A stretch of 64,000 nucleotides of DNA from contig NC_134028.1 of the NCBI RefSeq assembly GCF_964204645.1, positions 496,001 to 560,000 of the forward strand, in the 5' to 3' direction. Of the stretch, positions 10,755-25,659 are shown one piece after another. Position 1 is the first letter of the stretch. Every line of letters begins with the position of its first letter. The translations under genes and the position numbers were made by a program. A model generated the notes under the pieces. That model saw only the letters and a list, made by a program, of their open reading frames with translations. It did no database searches and was not told where the DNA came from. The DNA is from Tubulanus polymorphus. Taxonomy: Eukaryota; Animalia; Nemertea.

Positions 10755-11480
10755 GCGGGGTCGAACCCAGGACACCCCTGTACATCCTCTATTCAGTATC
10801 AAGACCACTCTGAACCAGTATCAGTAATTACTGGGTTCGAACCCGGGATACCCCTGAACATCCTCCATTCAGCATCAGGACCAATCAGTTATCAGTAATT
10901 ACTTTTGTTAAGATATCAACATTTTACCGTGCGGTGCTGCCTCTATGCTCATCGGTAGCGGGATTTTCATACACTAACGTTAGTCAACTCTGGCAAGCAA
11001 GGGTTACGGAGTATAACTGGACAGCACGACGATTGCCAGAGTTGACTTCAGTTAGTGTATGGAAATCCCGCTAACGATGAGCATAGCGGCAGCACCGTAC
11101 GGTCGGGACACCCCTGTACATCCTCCATTCAGCATCAGGACAACTTGGACCACTACTGAGTTCGAACCCGGGACACCCCTGTACATCATCAAATCAGCAT
11201 CAGGACCACTGTGAATCAGTATCAGTAATTACTGATTCTCGAACCCGGGACAACCCTGTACATCCTCCATTCAGCATCAGGACAACTTGGACCACTACTG
11301 AGTTCGAACCCGGGACACCCCTGTACATCATCAAATCAGCATCAGGACCTCTCTGAATCAGTATCAGTAATTACTGGGTTCGAACTCGGGATACCCCTGT
11401 ACATCCTCTATTCAGTATCAAGATCACTCTGAACCAGTATCAGTAATTACTTGGTTCGAACGCGGGACACCCCGTACCCA
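10755..11480. repeat. B-box-bearing satellite cluster
   Basis: About 7 units containing GTTCGAACCC or close variants, followed by gggacacccctgtacatc. Confidence 0.85.
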
Positions 11481-12525
11481 TTATGATGCGATTAGACACG
11501 TGATCGATGGTCGTCCTTATTTAGAAGATGAATTTAATTGTGAAACATGGTCATATCCAGGAATATTTAAACCCGGCGATCAATGTCTCGACTAAAACCG
11601 CGTGTCTATATCGATATTTGTACTGTTAATCGTCGCATTAGGTGCCTACGGATTCATCTTCTTTACGATAACCTACAACGATACGATTTCAAACTGTGTT
11701 CTACCCGTACTCGTAGTAGGCCTAACTACCAATTTCACGTTGTTTGGAGCCATTTTAGGACAGTGTAACTTCAACCTAGAGTGATTTCACCCACCCCGAG
11801 TGCTACTTGATAAAAGTTCCTGTGTATCAAGTTTAATCGTAATCGGTCCATTGGGTAAAGAGATATAGACATTTATCCAAAGCGACACCTATGGAAAAGA
11901 GTGGAAATTGTTGCATACCAACCGTAAAGTAGATATTGTGGTTTTTATATATATATTGAATAATGTCACCAACTCTTTCATTCATTCAGAAATAAACTAC
12001 TGTATTGAGCGAAGTATCTTTTAAATAAAGTGGCTTCTAAGGATAAAGCGAATATTTGTGTTCAAAATATATAAGTTAGTATAGAATCTATTGACCAAAA
12101 AATAACTCGAGTCAAACAGATGATCATCGTACTACAAATGCCTCGCTGGGCCAAAAATTAGCCCCGACCTGAGGCAATAACCCTAGATCGACCGTAACCC
12201 TAACCCTAGCAGGACTCGAACCTGCGAACTCCAGCATGCCAGCCGAGCACGCTAACCACTAGTCCGCTGAGTTCTGGTGGCCGATTTAGTTTGTGAATAC
12301 GTGTGGTCAGTGTGGTAACAGGCCAACACTGGGGTTACTGCGTTTATCAAACAGGCCAACACTCGCGTCAGTGTTTGTTTCTTGGTAATTGCCTTTTTAA
12401 TGCCCTGGGGCCAGTTCCATGGGTGATGGCTTAGGAGGTGAATCTAAGCTTTTCTCATACCGGTATTTGTACATAACTCAATCGTGAACGTCTTTCTGTA
12501 TTCCAAGACTGATTCTATCGGCTAA

Positions 12526-12704
12526 TACAGTCAAACTAAATCGTTTAATCCGCATCGGCTTAATCCGAATTTTGGTCTAATCCGGATAATATTTACAGTC
12601 AATTTAATCATTAATATACACGAAAATGACTTTTAATCCGGATTTGCCGTAAAACGGATGAATTGTGTTGGTCCCAATGATCGGAATTAGGGAGATTCTA
12701 TCAT
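12526..12704. mobile_element. Tc1/mariner-pogo (Tigger-like) MITE remnant; copies 25820-25998 and truncated 1194-1335
   Basis: Begins TA-cagtcaaac, contains repeated 'taatccg' motifs and 'ggtcccaatg', and ends 'gagattctatcata', resembling TA-flanked CAGTC...GACTG MITEs. Confidence 0.45.
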
Positions 12705-13856
12705 ACCATTTACTCTCCTTATATAAAGCTCTAATGTTGGTAGATTTATTAATTTCTAACAAACTAGTGTTGAGTGATGAATGAAATTTGACTTAAGAAA
12801 AATCTGTATTCCTCACATGCCACAGTAAAATAGCAAGACTGCATCAGATAACAACCGTTCAGTGCTGCCCCTATGAATAACGATAGCGGAATTTTTGTGA
12901 ACTAAAGCAGTAATCCACGGGCCTTTGATCCAAGAGCGTGGGTTTCATTAGAATAAATTCTTTGATGCGTAGAATATAAAAATCTAATATAATCGAAAAG
13001 AAGCCGAGACCTGCAATAGACTGGTTGCCATTTCTACTCGCGAATGCAGGTGGCGGTGACCAGTCTAGCGGCGGGAATCCCAATCTGAGGTACACTATGA
13101 CGCAATATCAAAATGGCGTGCTTTACCATAACACGAAATTTAGCAAAAACCTCACCTAAACATTGCCACCCTCCTTCCCGACCCCTGAAATCAGTATTTC
13201 AATATTTGGTAAGTGTTTGTAACATTGGTTTAAATGGCGAAAAATATTCCATCTCAGATATTGTGGTAAATCAAATTATTTCAGAGGTACATCCTACAAA
13301 CGGTGCACTTGGACTGGTGGCGCTCAGTCAAGCATATCGACGTCATTCCATCCTGATATATCTAGACCACGATGGGCTTCACCTCGCTGTTTTGTGATGA
13401 ATTTGTTCTAAAATGATTCCATCGACTGATTACATCAAACAGTGAAAACAGTGTAAGTTTATTTCATCTGTCGCTAAACCGATATTAATCACCACCACAG
13501 TCCAAACGTGTCGGACACCAACATCCTCCCATGCCGGGAGGGATTCCAACCTGATGACATCGCTTGCTACACTCAGCCACAGCACGAACCCCTGCCACAC
13601 TAGACCGGGTGCGCAGGTACATGCGCAGCTTTGCCGCACGAAAACTTGGAAGAACTATAAATGGCAAAACCTGGGCTAAAATGAAACGTAATATCTGATT
13701 GGCTATTAATGACATCATCTAAGCTGCGCATGTAGCTGCTGCGCACTCGGTCTAGTGTGGCAGGGTTTCGTACCGTGGCAATCTGGATGCCATCAGGTTC
13801 GAGTCCCTGCTGCGGGAGGATGGATGCCTCTACTTGCCTCCATTCGACTGTGATAT

Positions 13857-14517
<661 letters not shown>

Positions 14518-17500
14518 CATTGGTTTCAGAAACAGATAATATTTAAACTGTTCATTTTTTCATTACCTTTTTGTTTATATTTCATGTTCAACTCTAGATG
14601 CAAAACCTAAACTGTGGATAGAAAAACCCCGTGAATAAATGAACTGCAGATTGGAGCGAACAATCTAATTTGTAAGTTTGAATTTTAGATTTGATATTTC
14701 TGCAGTTATTTCTAAGGAAAGAAAACAATCTTAGATTTGTCTATTATAGGTATCACTTCAACATGTTCAACGGGAATTTTGATTCAGCACAGGAAAACAA
14801 GAATCACTCTCAGATTCAGCACAGGACAACAAGGAATCAGTGTTTCACAATCAGACTTTTTTGGTTTCGCGCCGGACATCGGGAATCATTCTTGGATTCA
14901 GCATGACATCAGGAATCACTATAGCCTATGTGGAAATTCAAGATAAGTTACATTAATCTTTATTTATCGGTTGTTGAATTGATTTTTAGGGACCAATTTT
15001 ATATTGTTTGTTATAAACCATGTTTTGAAATGAAATCTCAGAAACCTGTTGCATTTATTCAATCATTTCAAATTTCTTTTGGTAAATATTTGACTATAAT
15101 CAGTTCATGATTGGGATTGTTATTTCTGTAAGCGGGTTTACAGGTTTTCTAAATTGTGATCAACTCAAATGTTATTTCTAATCAATATGAAACTGGTTCC
15201 TGATGTCAATAATACAACTGTTATCAATCATGTTCCTTCGTGACAATCAGATCATGTGTATCTTAAGAGTTCGAATTTCTATAGATTAAACTGCTGTACT
15301 TATTTCATACTGATTGTACAGTTACAGATACATGTAACATTGTGTACAGATACTGAGATACAGATCACTGCATTACTTCATCCTGTGATTGAACAGTGAT
15401 TTAATGTTCTCTCATCTTCATTAGATTCCCATCCGTCTAACTAAAACATTAGAACATTCATCTCACCTAACCACAGGGTTTAGGAAGGGTGGGTAGGGTT
15501 GGGGGAGGGAAGGGGTAGAGGGAGGGCGGGAGGGTTGGGGTGGGGGATGGTGGGAGTTAGGGAAGGGGTCTGGGAGGGAGGGAAGGGGTGAGAGAGGGCG
15601 GGAGGGATGGGGTGAGGGAGGGAGGGAGGGAGGGAAGGGGTCCGGGAGGGTGGGAGGGAAGGGGTCCGGGAGGGTGGGAGGGAAGGGGTTTGGGAGGGAT
15701 GTAGGGGTGGTGTTAGGACTTTGGAGGGAGGGATATAGGGTGGGGCTTTAGGGTTTAGGTACAGGTACAGGTGGTTTAGTCGTAGTTTTAGCCTTGAAGT
15801 TCAGGATATTTCAGAAAATGTGTCCCATCTTTTTATTATTCTACAGTGTTTCAATAAGAGCCAGGTCCCAGGTCCCAGACCCATCTGTCGTTTGTAAAGG
15901 ACCCGCCTGTTACTTCAAACAAGCTTTCGTTTCAGGGACTGTGACATATTATGGGACCCTCCTGTTTTTCAAAGGGACCTGGCTTGTTAATTTCTTATTG
16001 AAAACACTGTTCTAAGAAAGGATTAATCATTATGAAACACGTTATGTGGCCACACATGACTGCAACATGTCATGTTTCAGTAGGCCTAAGCTGTATAAGC
16101 ATCGGCCAATCGGACTCGTTCTATTTTACTAGTTGTTATTTCTATGAGACCCGGGTTTGATCCCCGGTGAGTGCGCACGTAATTTCACCGTCACTTCTCT
16201 CAATCATTATGAGAAAATTTTTGAATTGGGACTTTTCAATTTTGAGGGCCATTATTTAATGTTGTCAGGAATGAGAGATATTTTTTGAATGATCACAAAC
16301 TGCTCCTTGGCTCGATCAAAATAAGGTTTCATTAATAATTGAATGAAACAACAATCATACGTAATAATTACTGTTGATATCTGGCGGTTTACTGATACAT
16401 TTCCAGCTGAAAGATGTATTTTCTTCTGTGCTATTTTAGAAACGGCTGTAAATACTGAGAACTGTATAGGACGACTTAGAAATTTGTTGACGAGAGTCGA
16501 GATGCAGTTCACATTCATTGCTGCCTCCTCTTTTTTCTGCAGATTCTTAGACAGAGACCTACTCTTCATTTTTGGAAGAAGAGTATAGAACTCATTAGAA
16601 TAAGTGATATGTTTTGTAATCACTTTTATTGACACACTTCTTCATTTGCCTTCATGGCACAGTATATCACTATTCATAGATATCCTTAATAATTAGTTAT
16701 CCTTTTCAAAAAGATGGGACATATTTTCTGAAATAAATTGTACAATTTTTAGGTGGGACAAAGATTGACACGGAGAGACTATTGTTCTATTATTATATTC
16801 ATTTTAGAATAGGATAATATTCTATTTCTACCTGTGACTTATAATTCTATTCTAGACAGAATTTAAGGGGCTGCGAACTAATTATACTTCTATCAGGAAA
16901 TATTTTACTGAATTTAAAAGCCGTAAAAACAAATGATATTCAACCGGATGTAGTTGTAGTTTTTACAGTTAGGCTACGGCAATCTTCCTACTACAATGGG
17001 ACTCTGATAAAGCGGGGGGGAGGTGTATCTAGTGTATTTTGCCATTTTTCACGATCATATCAGTTAATGAAAGTGATTTCATTCTCCGCTGTTATTTAAA
17101 ATATTATCAGCGCTCGATCAATTTGTCAGTTTATAGCTTTTAGACTTCGATCAATGCATCATTTTCCAGGAGACTCAAATTAGTCAGAATTATTTCGGAC
17201 TTTATCAATTAGTCCAAGATTTTGAGCCCATTCAGTGTGAACATAATTCTTCACTTTATTCTAGTGATGAGTGTTTAGTCCAATTCCCCTATTCAACATA
17301 TGCAACGCTCATGAGCTATATTTACCCTCCGTGGTCACCAAATCAGAACCATAGACCAAACTTTGACACTTTGGTCACCAAAACAGGGCTATGAACCAAA
17401 CTTTGACTCTTTGGTCACCAAATCAGAACCATAGACCAAACTTTGACTCTTTGGTAAACCTAACAGGGCTATGAACCAAACTTTTGACTCTTTGGTCACC

Positions 17501-17977
17501 AAATCAGAACCATAGACCAAACTTTGACACTTTGGTCACCAAAACAGGCCTATGAACCAAACTTTGACTCTTTGGTCACCAAACCTGGGCTATGAACCAA
17601 ACTTTGACTCTTTTGTCACCAAACCTGGGCTATGAACCAAACTTTGACGCTTAGGTCACTAAACCAAGGCCATAAATGAAAGATTTAACATTTTTAAAAG
17701 TTATTTCTGTTGCCTTCATGACTCAATAGTTGAGAATGGAACAAATGACGTAGTTAATGAAAGATTCATCTGTATCAGTGTTGCTGCTGGTTTTGCTGCA
17801 GCTGCTGCTGCTGCTGGTGCAACTAACACAACCTTTTGCTGTTTGTCTCTAAAAGATTAAACTTGATCCCAGTCGGAACTGATGAGAATTTTAGTGAGAC
17901 GACAAATAAGGAAAAGCCATATGAAAAAATGTAAAGCGAATGCGTGAATAAAATAAAACAGCATGAAATGCTGATGT

Positions 17978-18263
17978 AAAGAGTGGGGTCCGAGAGCAAT
18001 TCGAAGGTTTAGTGTCCTGCACGCTTAGCGAGTGGGCAGGGGTCTATTCCTACCTCGACTCAAAAAAGATAAAATATAAAGAGTGGGGTCCGAGAGCAAT
18101 TCGAAGGTTTAGAGTCCTGCGCGCTTAGAGGGCAGGCAGGGGTCTATTCCTACCTCGACTCAAAAAAGATAAAATATAAAGAGTGGGGTCCGAGAGCAAT
18201 TCGAAGGTTTAGAGTCCTGCACGCTTAGCGAGTGGGCAGGGGTCTATTCCTACCTCGACTCAA
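17978..18263. repeat. 100-bp unit in 3 tandem copies (single copy at 6000-6084)
   Basis: aaagagtggggtccgagagcaattcgaaggtttag...cctacctcgactca at 17978, 18078 and 18178. Confidence 0.92.
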
Positions 18264-21000
18264 GTGCTAAAAGTCAGAGAAAAGAGTAAAAACGAAAAAT
18301 GGCAAATGAAGGAAAAATGGCTGGAGTTTGATTTGTTCCTTTGGGTTTAAGTGTTAACTTGAAAAGACAATCAAACAGATTATTTAATGACGTATATATT
18401 TTGCATCAGCAGTTTAAAAACATTGATTAATAACTTTTATGAATAGGATTCCATAAACTACTTGCTTATATGAAACCTCTAGTAGAGAGTATTGAAATAG
18501 TCCACAATGGTTTCATTTAGTGACGTCATGTTGAATTGGTGAAGCAACATCAATAGCATTAATTGTTTTGATCTCAGCCATCATTCTTGTCCTTGGTTTG
18601 TGTTTGCCTTTCTCGCGACATTTTGTGAGTGTGAAGGTTTGGTTCGGGCTTATTTCCTTTGTTCAGGTGAACCCTCCGTATACCTCCCCCTCCCTTACAA
18701 CATTAAGTTCCTCCGGTTTGGTTTGATGTTTTAGATGTAACCTCTACAACTCAAACTCGCATCATTTGATGAAATGAAATCTGTTTACAGACGACTGCTG
18801 CTACTTTTCATGAAACTGAGATATATTGTGAATACTTATTAGAGGGAGTAGAAATAATAGGAATAATGTGATGAAATTGATAAAGAAATCATCTGTAAAA
18901 TGAAGCCATGTGATTTTCAAGACCAACCCAAGCATATGATCATTTGAGGTCATCTGAATGCCTCCAAAATGTGTAAAGAAAGTATCTGTGAGTCCCATCA
19001 ATGATGCAATTGATTAAGGATTATGATTTATAAATGAAATTGATATGATCGTGAAAAATGGCAAATCGTTTTGTAGTTATTGTACAGATGAGTGGTGTGT
19101 GAAGAGGAGACAAGAGAGTTGAGGAGGCATGATGGGAGGGCTAGGTGGGAGGGCATTGAGGGAGGGCATTGAGGGTGGGCCGGGTGGGAGGGCATTGAGG
19201 GAGGGAGGGAGGGATGGGGCGCGGGAGGAAAAGGGTCCGGGAGGGCGGGAGGGAATGGGTCCGGGAGGGCGGGAGGGAAGGGGTATGGGAGGGTCGGTTC
19301 GGGAGGTTAGATGAGTTAAAATGTTCTGATGTTTTAGTTAGACGGATGGGAGTCTAATGAAGATGAGAGAACATTAAATCACTGTTCAATCACAGGATGA
19401 AGTAATGCAGTGATCTGTACTCTGTATCTGTACACAATGTTACATGTATCTGTAACTGTACAATCAGTATGAAATAAGTACAGCTGTTTAATCTACAGAA
19501 ATCCTGTACTGTTTCTGTCTGATTGATTGATAATTTGAGATGTTACATTCTGCTCTATTGTCACTGATTATTGTTTCTTTTTCTTTTCAGAATGAAATGA
19601 ATGCAATAGAATTTACTATTTAAACAGGCTCATTTAAGGTAAGTACAAAACTGGTAATGAATTTCTCCACAGAATTCTTCACAGTCTCTGTTGATATTTT
19701 GAATTATTTTTGAACTAAAAATTACTGTTTTACTCTCAGTTACAGGATGAGATACACACCGCAGCAGCAGCAACAACAGCAGCACTGGCAGTACCCGCAG
19801 TACCAGCACCATGCAGCAACAGCAGTACTGGCAGTACCCGCAGTACCAGTACCATGCAGCAACAGCGCCACCAGCAGCTGCAACAGCAGCAGCTGCAGGT
19901 AAAACCTGTTTGGAAATTCATTATTTTTAGAGAACTGTTCTATATAAATTATTCTATCTGTTTATGTTTCCAGCATTCAATCACTCAAAGATCACGGCTT
20001 AGTTTGATTTGGTGTGAAACTGCTCTTATTTCATTACAACTTAACTGACAATTTCTAAAATTTGTATTTAGGAGCTGAAATAACTGGAACCCTTGATAGA
20101 ATCTGTGAACAGTAAACATTGGGAATTCACTTCACATTTGTTTAAGATGGACATCGCTTTAGATCCTCAAAACCAATACGGTACCGGTAAATATCTCTAC
20201 AGATTCTAGTCTCTGTTTGACTGTACATTTATAAACTCATTTCCTGATTAGAAGCTACATTAATCAGTGAAGGCGAATTTTCAATCACTTCTATTCTGGT
20301 CAAAGTTCGAATCATCAAAATTATACAACTGTTGTATTCTAGGGTCCAAAATAAAGCTGAACTTGCAGTTAACATTGCGCTCCACAAATCAAACAAGTCA
20401 GAAGCGGTGAGTTTTATATCGATTTATTGCAGTAATTTGTGGTGATCTTCAAATCAAGTCCAGAAAATGATGTTTTGATCGGTCAATGTTGGCAGGTATC
20501 AACGTTTTACTTGAGGACGCAGTCTAAAGCTACCATCAAACCTCTCTGAAATCTGCATATACTCGACACATTGTGATTAACTACTCATTAACCTGGTAGG
20601 TTTTCTGTCAATCGAACACAAACAAGTTGCAGTTTCTATCTAATTCATTAACCATTTTCTGGCATAATTTTCTCTTTCCAGAATGCAATACGCCCAACAC
20701 AAATTGGAACTGGAGAAATTAAAAATATTCACCTTCAAAGAGTAAAGAAGCTCTAGTTGCTGAAGCTGCTGCTATCGTTTTATGAATTTATTTTCTCAGA
20801 AAATCATCAGTTCTCTTAACTTCATGACATTATGACTGTTGGAAGTGAAATCCTGCTAGATGGCACTGAACTTATCTGATATGAGTTTAGAAATGGTGAG
20901 TATTTCATAAATCCACTGTGCTCTAATTTCATAATATTCTAACATTTAATTATTCTGTACAGAATTTTTATGTGTGATTCTCCGGAAAGCAGTGCGGCTG

Positions 21001-21002
<2 letters not shown>

Positions 21003-21065
<63 letters not shown>

Positions 21066-21068
21066 GCT
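21003..21068. repeat. (GCT)n microsatellite specific to copy 2
   Basis: About 22 units; absent at the equivalent ~8780 in copy 1. Confidence 0.92.
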
Positions 21069-22894
21069 TAATTCTGCTCATCACAAGTTTGAAAATGATT
21101 GATTTTCTAATAGAATTTAGCCCCAATTTCAGACTGCTATAAATACATTACTTAGTACTTTCATAGTATAATGATTTTTTGCAGCATGAAATTTGTCCAA
21201 TAGAACAGTTTGAAAAGTGATCAAAGATTGAATAATAGTGTTGATTTATCTAGAATTATAAGGTAATTATAAATTCTAGGTACCGAAATATGTCATGAAA
21301 ACAATTCCTATTTGACTGTTAATTCAATCGAACATTTTCTATATAATGTTTGCTGACGCAAGTTTTCTCTATTCTAGGACGAAGTGGGGATCGGGATCAA
21401 TTTGCCATTTGACAGGGACAGGAACCAGCCATCTACCTGGAGATTGATATGCTGCCACTTATTTCAGATCTGCAATTTTTAAGTTTAAAGCCAAATGAAT
21501 ATTGTTTACCTGTGCCGACCGGCACGGGCAGCCTACTGTTGTTCTGTTTATGATGGTTTGATAGACTTTGTATCACGTATACATAAAAACAATCGAGTCA
21601 TCCCCTGATTCGTCTCTCAAAGCTGTGGTGTCATTTTTGCTAATAGAATAATAGCCTGACTCGGGCATAGAATATATAATTTAAACCCCGCTATGTGCAA
21701 ATTTAAAAGGCAAAATTCATTTATCAAGAATCAGAATCAAAATAATAAAAGTATAATGAAGAAATAACTAGAACAACCTATACCAACAAAATAACAAAAC
21801 CTCTCAACCTTAGCACTAAACACTCGCTTTACTTTCCTAATTAACTTGTTTTTCCCTGTTTTAGTTATTCTTCAGACTTGATGATGGTCTCTACAGAGAC
21901 TCCAAAATGTTGTCTCTTTTACTTCTATTAAGTTTCTATATAGTGGGTTTAAAAGTTTTAGTGAAAATTGAAATTGAAGATTAAATGTAGCTGTAAAGCA
22001 GCGATAACTGGTTGCATTAGTTTGTAATTGTTTGTACCCCACGACCCAGTTTTATTGGTCTGGTTTTGTATAAAATTGTATGATACACATATTGTATAAT
22101 GATGTAATATGGACATGTTTTAAGTAACTCAATCAATGAAACCATAAAGTTGAAATATCGACAGGTTTTCTTTATTATGGGACTATATATAATATTTCGT
22201 GTGAACTGTTGTTCTGTTTTATTTGAAATAAAGATGAATTTTCTGTGTTGTTTTAGTTGTGATTACAGACGCCAGCAGTTTCACACACACTCAGTGCGTC
22301 ACACGTAAATCCCACGGGTTCAGTTTCATTGAAATACGTAATTTACTCAAAAAACTTTACTTAATTCGACTTTACCGCCTCAATGAATGAATATTTTTGA
22401 AGAAACTGGGCCTAGGGTAGAGTTTCACAAACCAATTGCGTTCAAACATTTTATTTTGAAGAAAAAATTAAATCCAAGTTGAAATTGATTCATCCTTTCT
22501 CTGTGAAACTGGACTCGACGGGATTAAATACTCGCTTTTCAGTGTGCGAAACTGCGGCATCTAAATCTGATTGAAACCCTCGCATCATAAACCAAATCCT
22601 ACCGAGGGTACAGTTTCACATATGGATAATTATCATCAAGATTTCATCTGTTTTGTCCTTTAAATTTCTTCACAAATTCAGTTAAAAAATGCATCGTTTT
22701 TTGTGAAACTGCGACCCCTGGTGTCCACTCGAGGGATTCTTTTATTCTTTTTTACCCTGGTATGGTATGCGAGGGTTTCAATTCGATGGTCCAACTACTA
22801 TTCTTAAAAAGGCAGGTGCATTACATGACAATGAGGAATAAATATAGATAAATGTTGCTGTAAGTCGTGTGTGCGTTATTTTATCATTTTTCGT

Positions 22895-23460
22895 GGCGGG
22901 GTCGAACCCAGGACACCCCTGTACATCCTCTATTCAGTATCAAGACCACTCTGAACCAGTATCAGTATTTACTTGGTTCGAACCCGGGATACCCCTGTAC
23001 ATTCAGCATCAGGACCAATCAGAATCAGTACCAATAGACCGGGATATCCCTGTACATGCTATATTCAGCATCAGGACCACTCTGAATCAGTTATCAGTAA
23101 TTACTTTTGTTAAGATATCAACATTTTACCGTACGGTGCTGCCTCCATGCTCATCGGTAGCGGGATTTTCATACACTGACGTTAGTCAACTCTGGCAAGC
23201 AAGGGTTACGGAGTATAACTGGACAGCACGACGATTGCCAGAGTTGACTTCAATTAGTGTATGGAAATCCCGCTAACGATGAGCATAGCGGCAGCACCGT
23301 ACGGTCGGGACATCCTCTATCCAGCATCAGGACAACTTGGACCACTACTGGGTTCGAACCCGGGAAACCCCTGTACATCATCTAATCAGCATCATCAAGA
23401 CCACTCTGAACCAGTATCAGTAATTACTTGGTTCGAACGCGGGACACCCCGTACCCATTA
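22895..23460. repeat. B-box-bearing satellite cluster (copy 2/3 junction)
   Basis: Same units as 10755-11480. Confidence 0.85.
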
Positions 23461-23841
23461 TGATGCGATTAGACACGTGTTCGATGCTCGACCTCATTCA
23501 GAAGATGAATTTAATTGTGAAACATGGTCATATCCAGGAATATTTAAACCCGGCGATCAATGTCTCGACTAAAACCGCGTGTCTATATCGATATTTGTAC
23601 TGTTAATCGTCGTATTAGGTGCCTACGGATTCATCTTCTTTACGATAACCTACAACGATACGATTTCAAACTGTGTTCTACCCGTACTCGTAGTAGGCCT
23701 AACTACCAATTTCACGTTGTTTGGAGCCGTTTTAGGTCAGTGTAACTTCAACCTAGAGCGATTTCACCCACCCCGAGTGCTACTTGATAAAAGTACCTGT
23801 GTATCAAGTTTAATCGTAATCGGTCCATTGGGTCAAGAGAT

Positions 23842-24521
23842 TTATTCTTACTTTATTCATCCTGACAATGTCAATTGTATAAGGATATAGAAAAACATTT
23901 ATATCAACACACTATTTAAAAATCAAAATATTTACAAAACATTTTAACATATCAATAATATTCATTAATAATTTCGGATCCTTCGTATTCAATAACTCGT
24001 AATATTTTAGCTCGGAGGGATTATCGTAATAATAACTAGTTATGTGTCTTCTTCTTAGATCGGTGTGAGAATGACACATCATTAGATAATGCTATTCATC
24101 CCCAATTTCGCCTGAATTACACATTGTACATAGTCTTTCTTCTTTCTTTTTCGTATATCTATCCTTCTCAATCGGTAAATAATGATTATTGGCACGGTAT
24201 CGTAGCAAATAGTTACAGTATTTCGACGGTAACTCAATCAGGTATTTTTCAAATTCAAAATTCGTTTTAATCATTCTATAATTACAAAGGGTATCTTTGG
24301 TAGCCATTTCGTTCCGCCAATGTTGAATAAATTGATATTTAAGGAATAATTTCATATAATTATTTAAACCATTGACATCTACTGGATCCTGGATCGTCCA
24401 TACGTAACCTAAGTTACAATCATGTAATATGTTATGGATTTAATCCATTTTGAGCTAAGTTGGTTATTTCTATACAGATTGAACAGATACCATACCATAT
24501 TCTATTGATTTTCGAATTTTT
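23842..24521 (-). mobile_element. 5'-truncated non-LTR retrotransposon (LINE ORF2 C-terminal Cys/His domain, pseudogenised)
   Basis: Minus frame ...FEKYL...LLRYRANNHYLPIE...ERLCTMCNSGEIGDE*HYLMMC..LRR; 3' tail AATAAAgtaagAATAAA; flanked by GAGAT/GAGCT; absent from copies 1 and 2 ('caagagatatagac'). Confidence 0.85.
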
Positions 24522-24988
24522 GAGCTATAGACAATTATCCAAAGCGACACCTCTTGGAAAAGAGTGGAAATTGTTGCATACCAACCGTAAAGTAGATATT
24601 GTGGTTTATATATATATATATTGAATAATGTCACCAACTCTTTCATTCATTCAGAAATAATCTACTGTATTGAGCGAAGTATCTTTTAAATAAAGTGGCT
24701 TCTAAGGATAAAGCGAATGTTTGTGTTCAAAATATATAAGTTAGTATAGAATCTATTGACCAAAAAACAACCCGAGTCAAACAGATGATCATCGTACTAC
24801 AAATACCTCGCTGGGCCAAAAATTAGCCCCAACCTGAGGCACTAACCCTAACCCTAGGTCGATCGTAACCCTAACCCTAGCAGGACTCGAACCTGCGACC
24901 TCCAGCATGCCGGCCGAACACGCTAACCACTAGACCGCTGAGTTCTGGTGGCCGACGAAGTTTGTGAATACGTGTGGTCAGTGTGGTA

Positions 24989-25659
24989 CAAGGCCAACAC
25001 TAGGGTTACTGCGTTTATTAAACAGGCCAACACTAGGGTTTCGGCGTTTATTAAGCAGGCCAAAACTAGGGTTACTGCGTTTATTAAACAGGCCAACACT
25101 AGGGTTTCGGCGTTTATTAAGCAGGCCAAAACTAGGGTTACTGCGTTTATTAAACAGGCCAACACTAGGGTTTCGGCGTTTATTAAGCAGGCCAAAACTA
25201 GGGTTACTGCGTTTATAAACAGGCCAACACTAGGGTTACTGCGTTTATTAAACAGGCCAACACTAGGGTTTCTGCGTTTATTAAACAGGCCAACACTAGG
25301 GTTTCGGCGTTTATTAAGCAGGCCAAAACTAGGGTTACTGCGTTTATTAAACAGGCCAAAACTAGGGTTACTGCGTTTATTAAACAGGCCAACACTAGGG
25401 TTTCGGCGTTTATTAAGCAGGCCAAAACTAGGGTTACTGCGTTTATAAACAGGCCAACACTAGGGTTACTGCGTTTATTAAACAGGCCAACACTAGGGTT
25501 TCTGCGTTTATTAAACAGGCCAACACTAGGGTTTCTGCGTTTATTAAAAAGGCCAAAACTAGGGTTTCTGCGTTTATTAAACAGGCCAACACTAGGGTTA
25601 CTGCGTTTATTAAACAGGCCAACACTAGGATTACTGCATTTATTTAACAGGCCAACACT
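24989..25659. repeat. 33-bp minisatellite, ~20 units with partial dimeric higher-order pattern
   Basis: Same unit as 967-1193; alternating ...aacactagggtttcggcg / aagcaggccaaaactagggttactgcg variants. Confidence 0.96.

Noticed and set aside
16252-16635. Possible transposase remnant inside the inverted-repeat cassette
   Set aside because: No DDE or zinc-finger motif recognised, and the frame is not preserved in copy 1.
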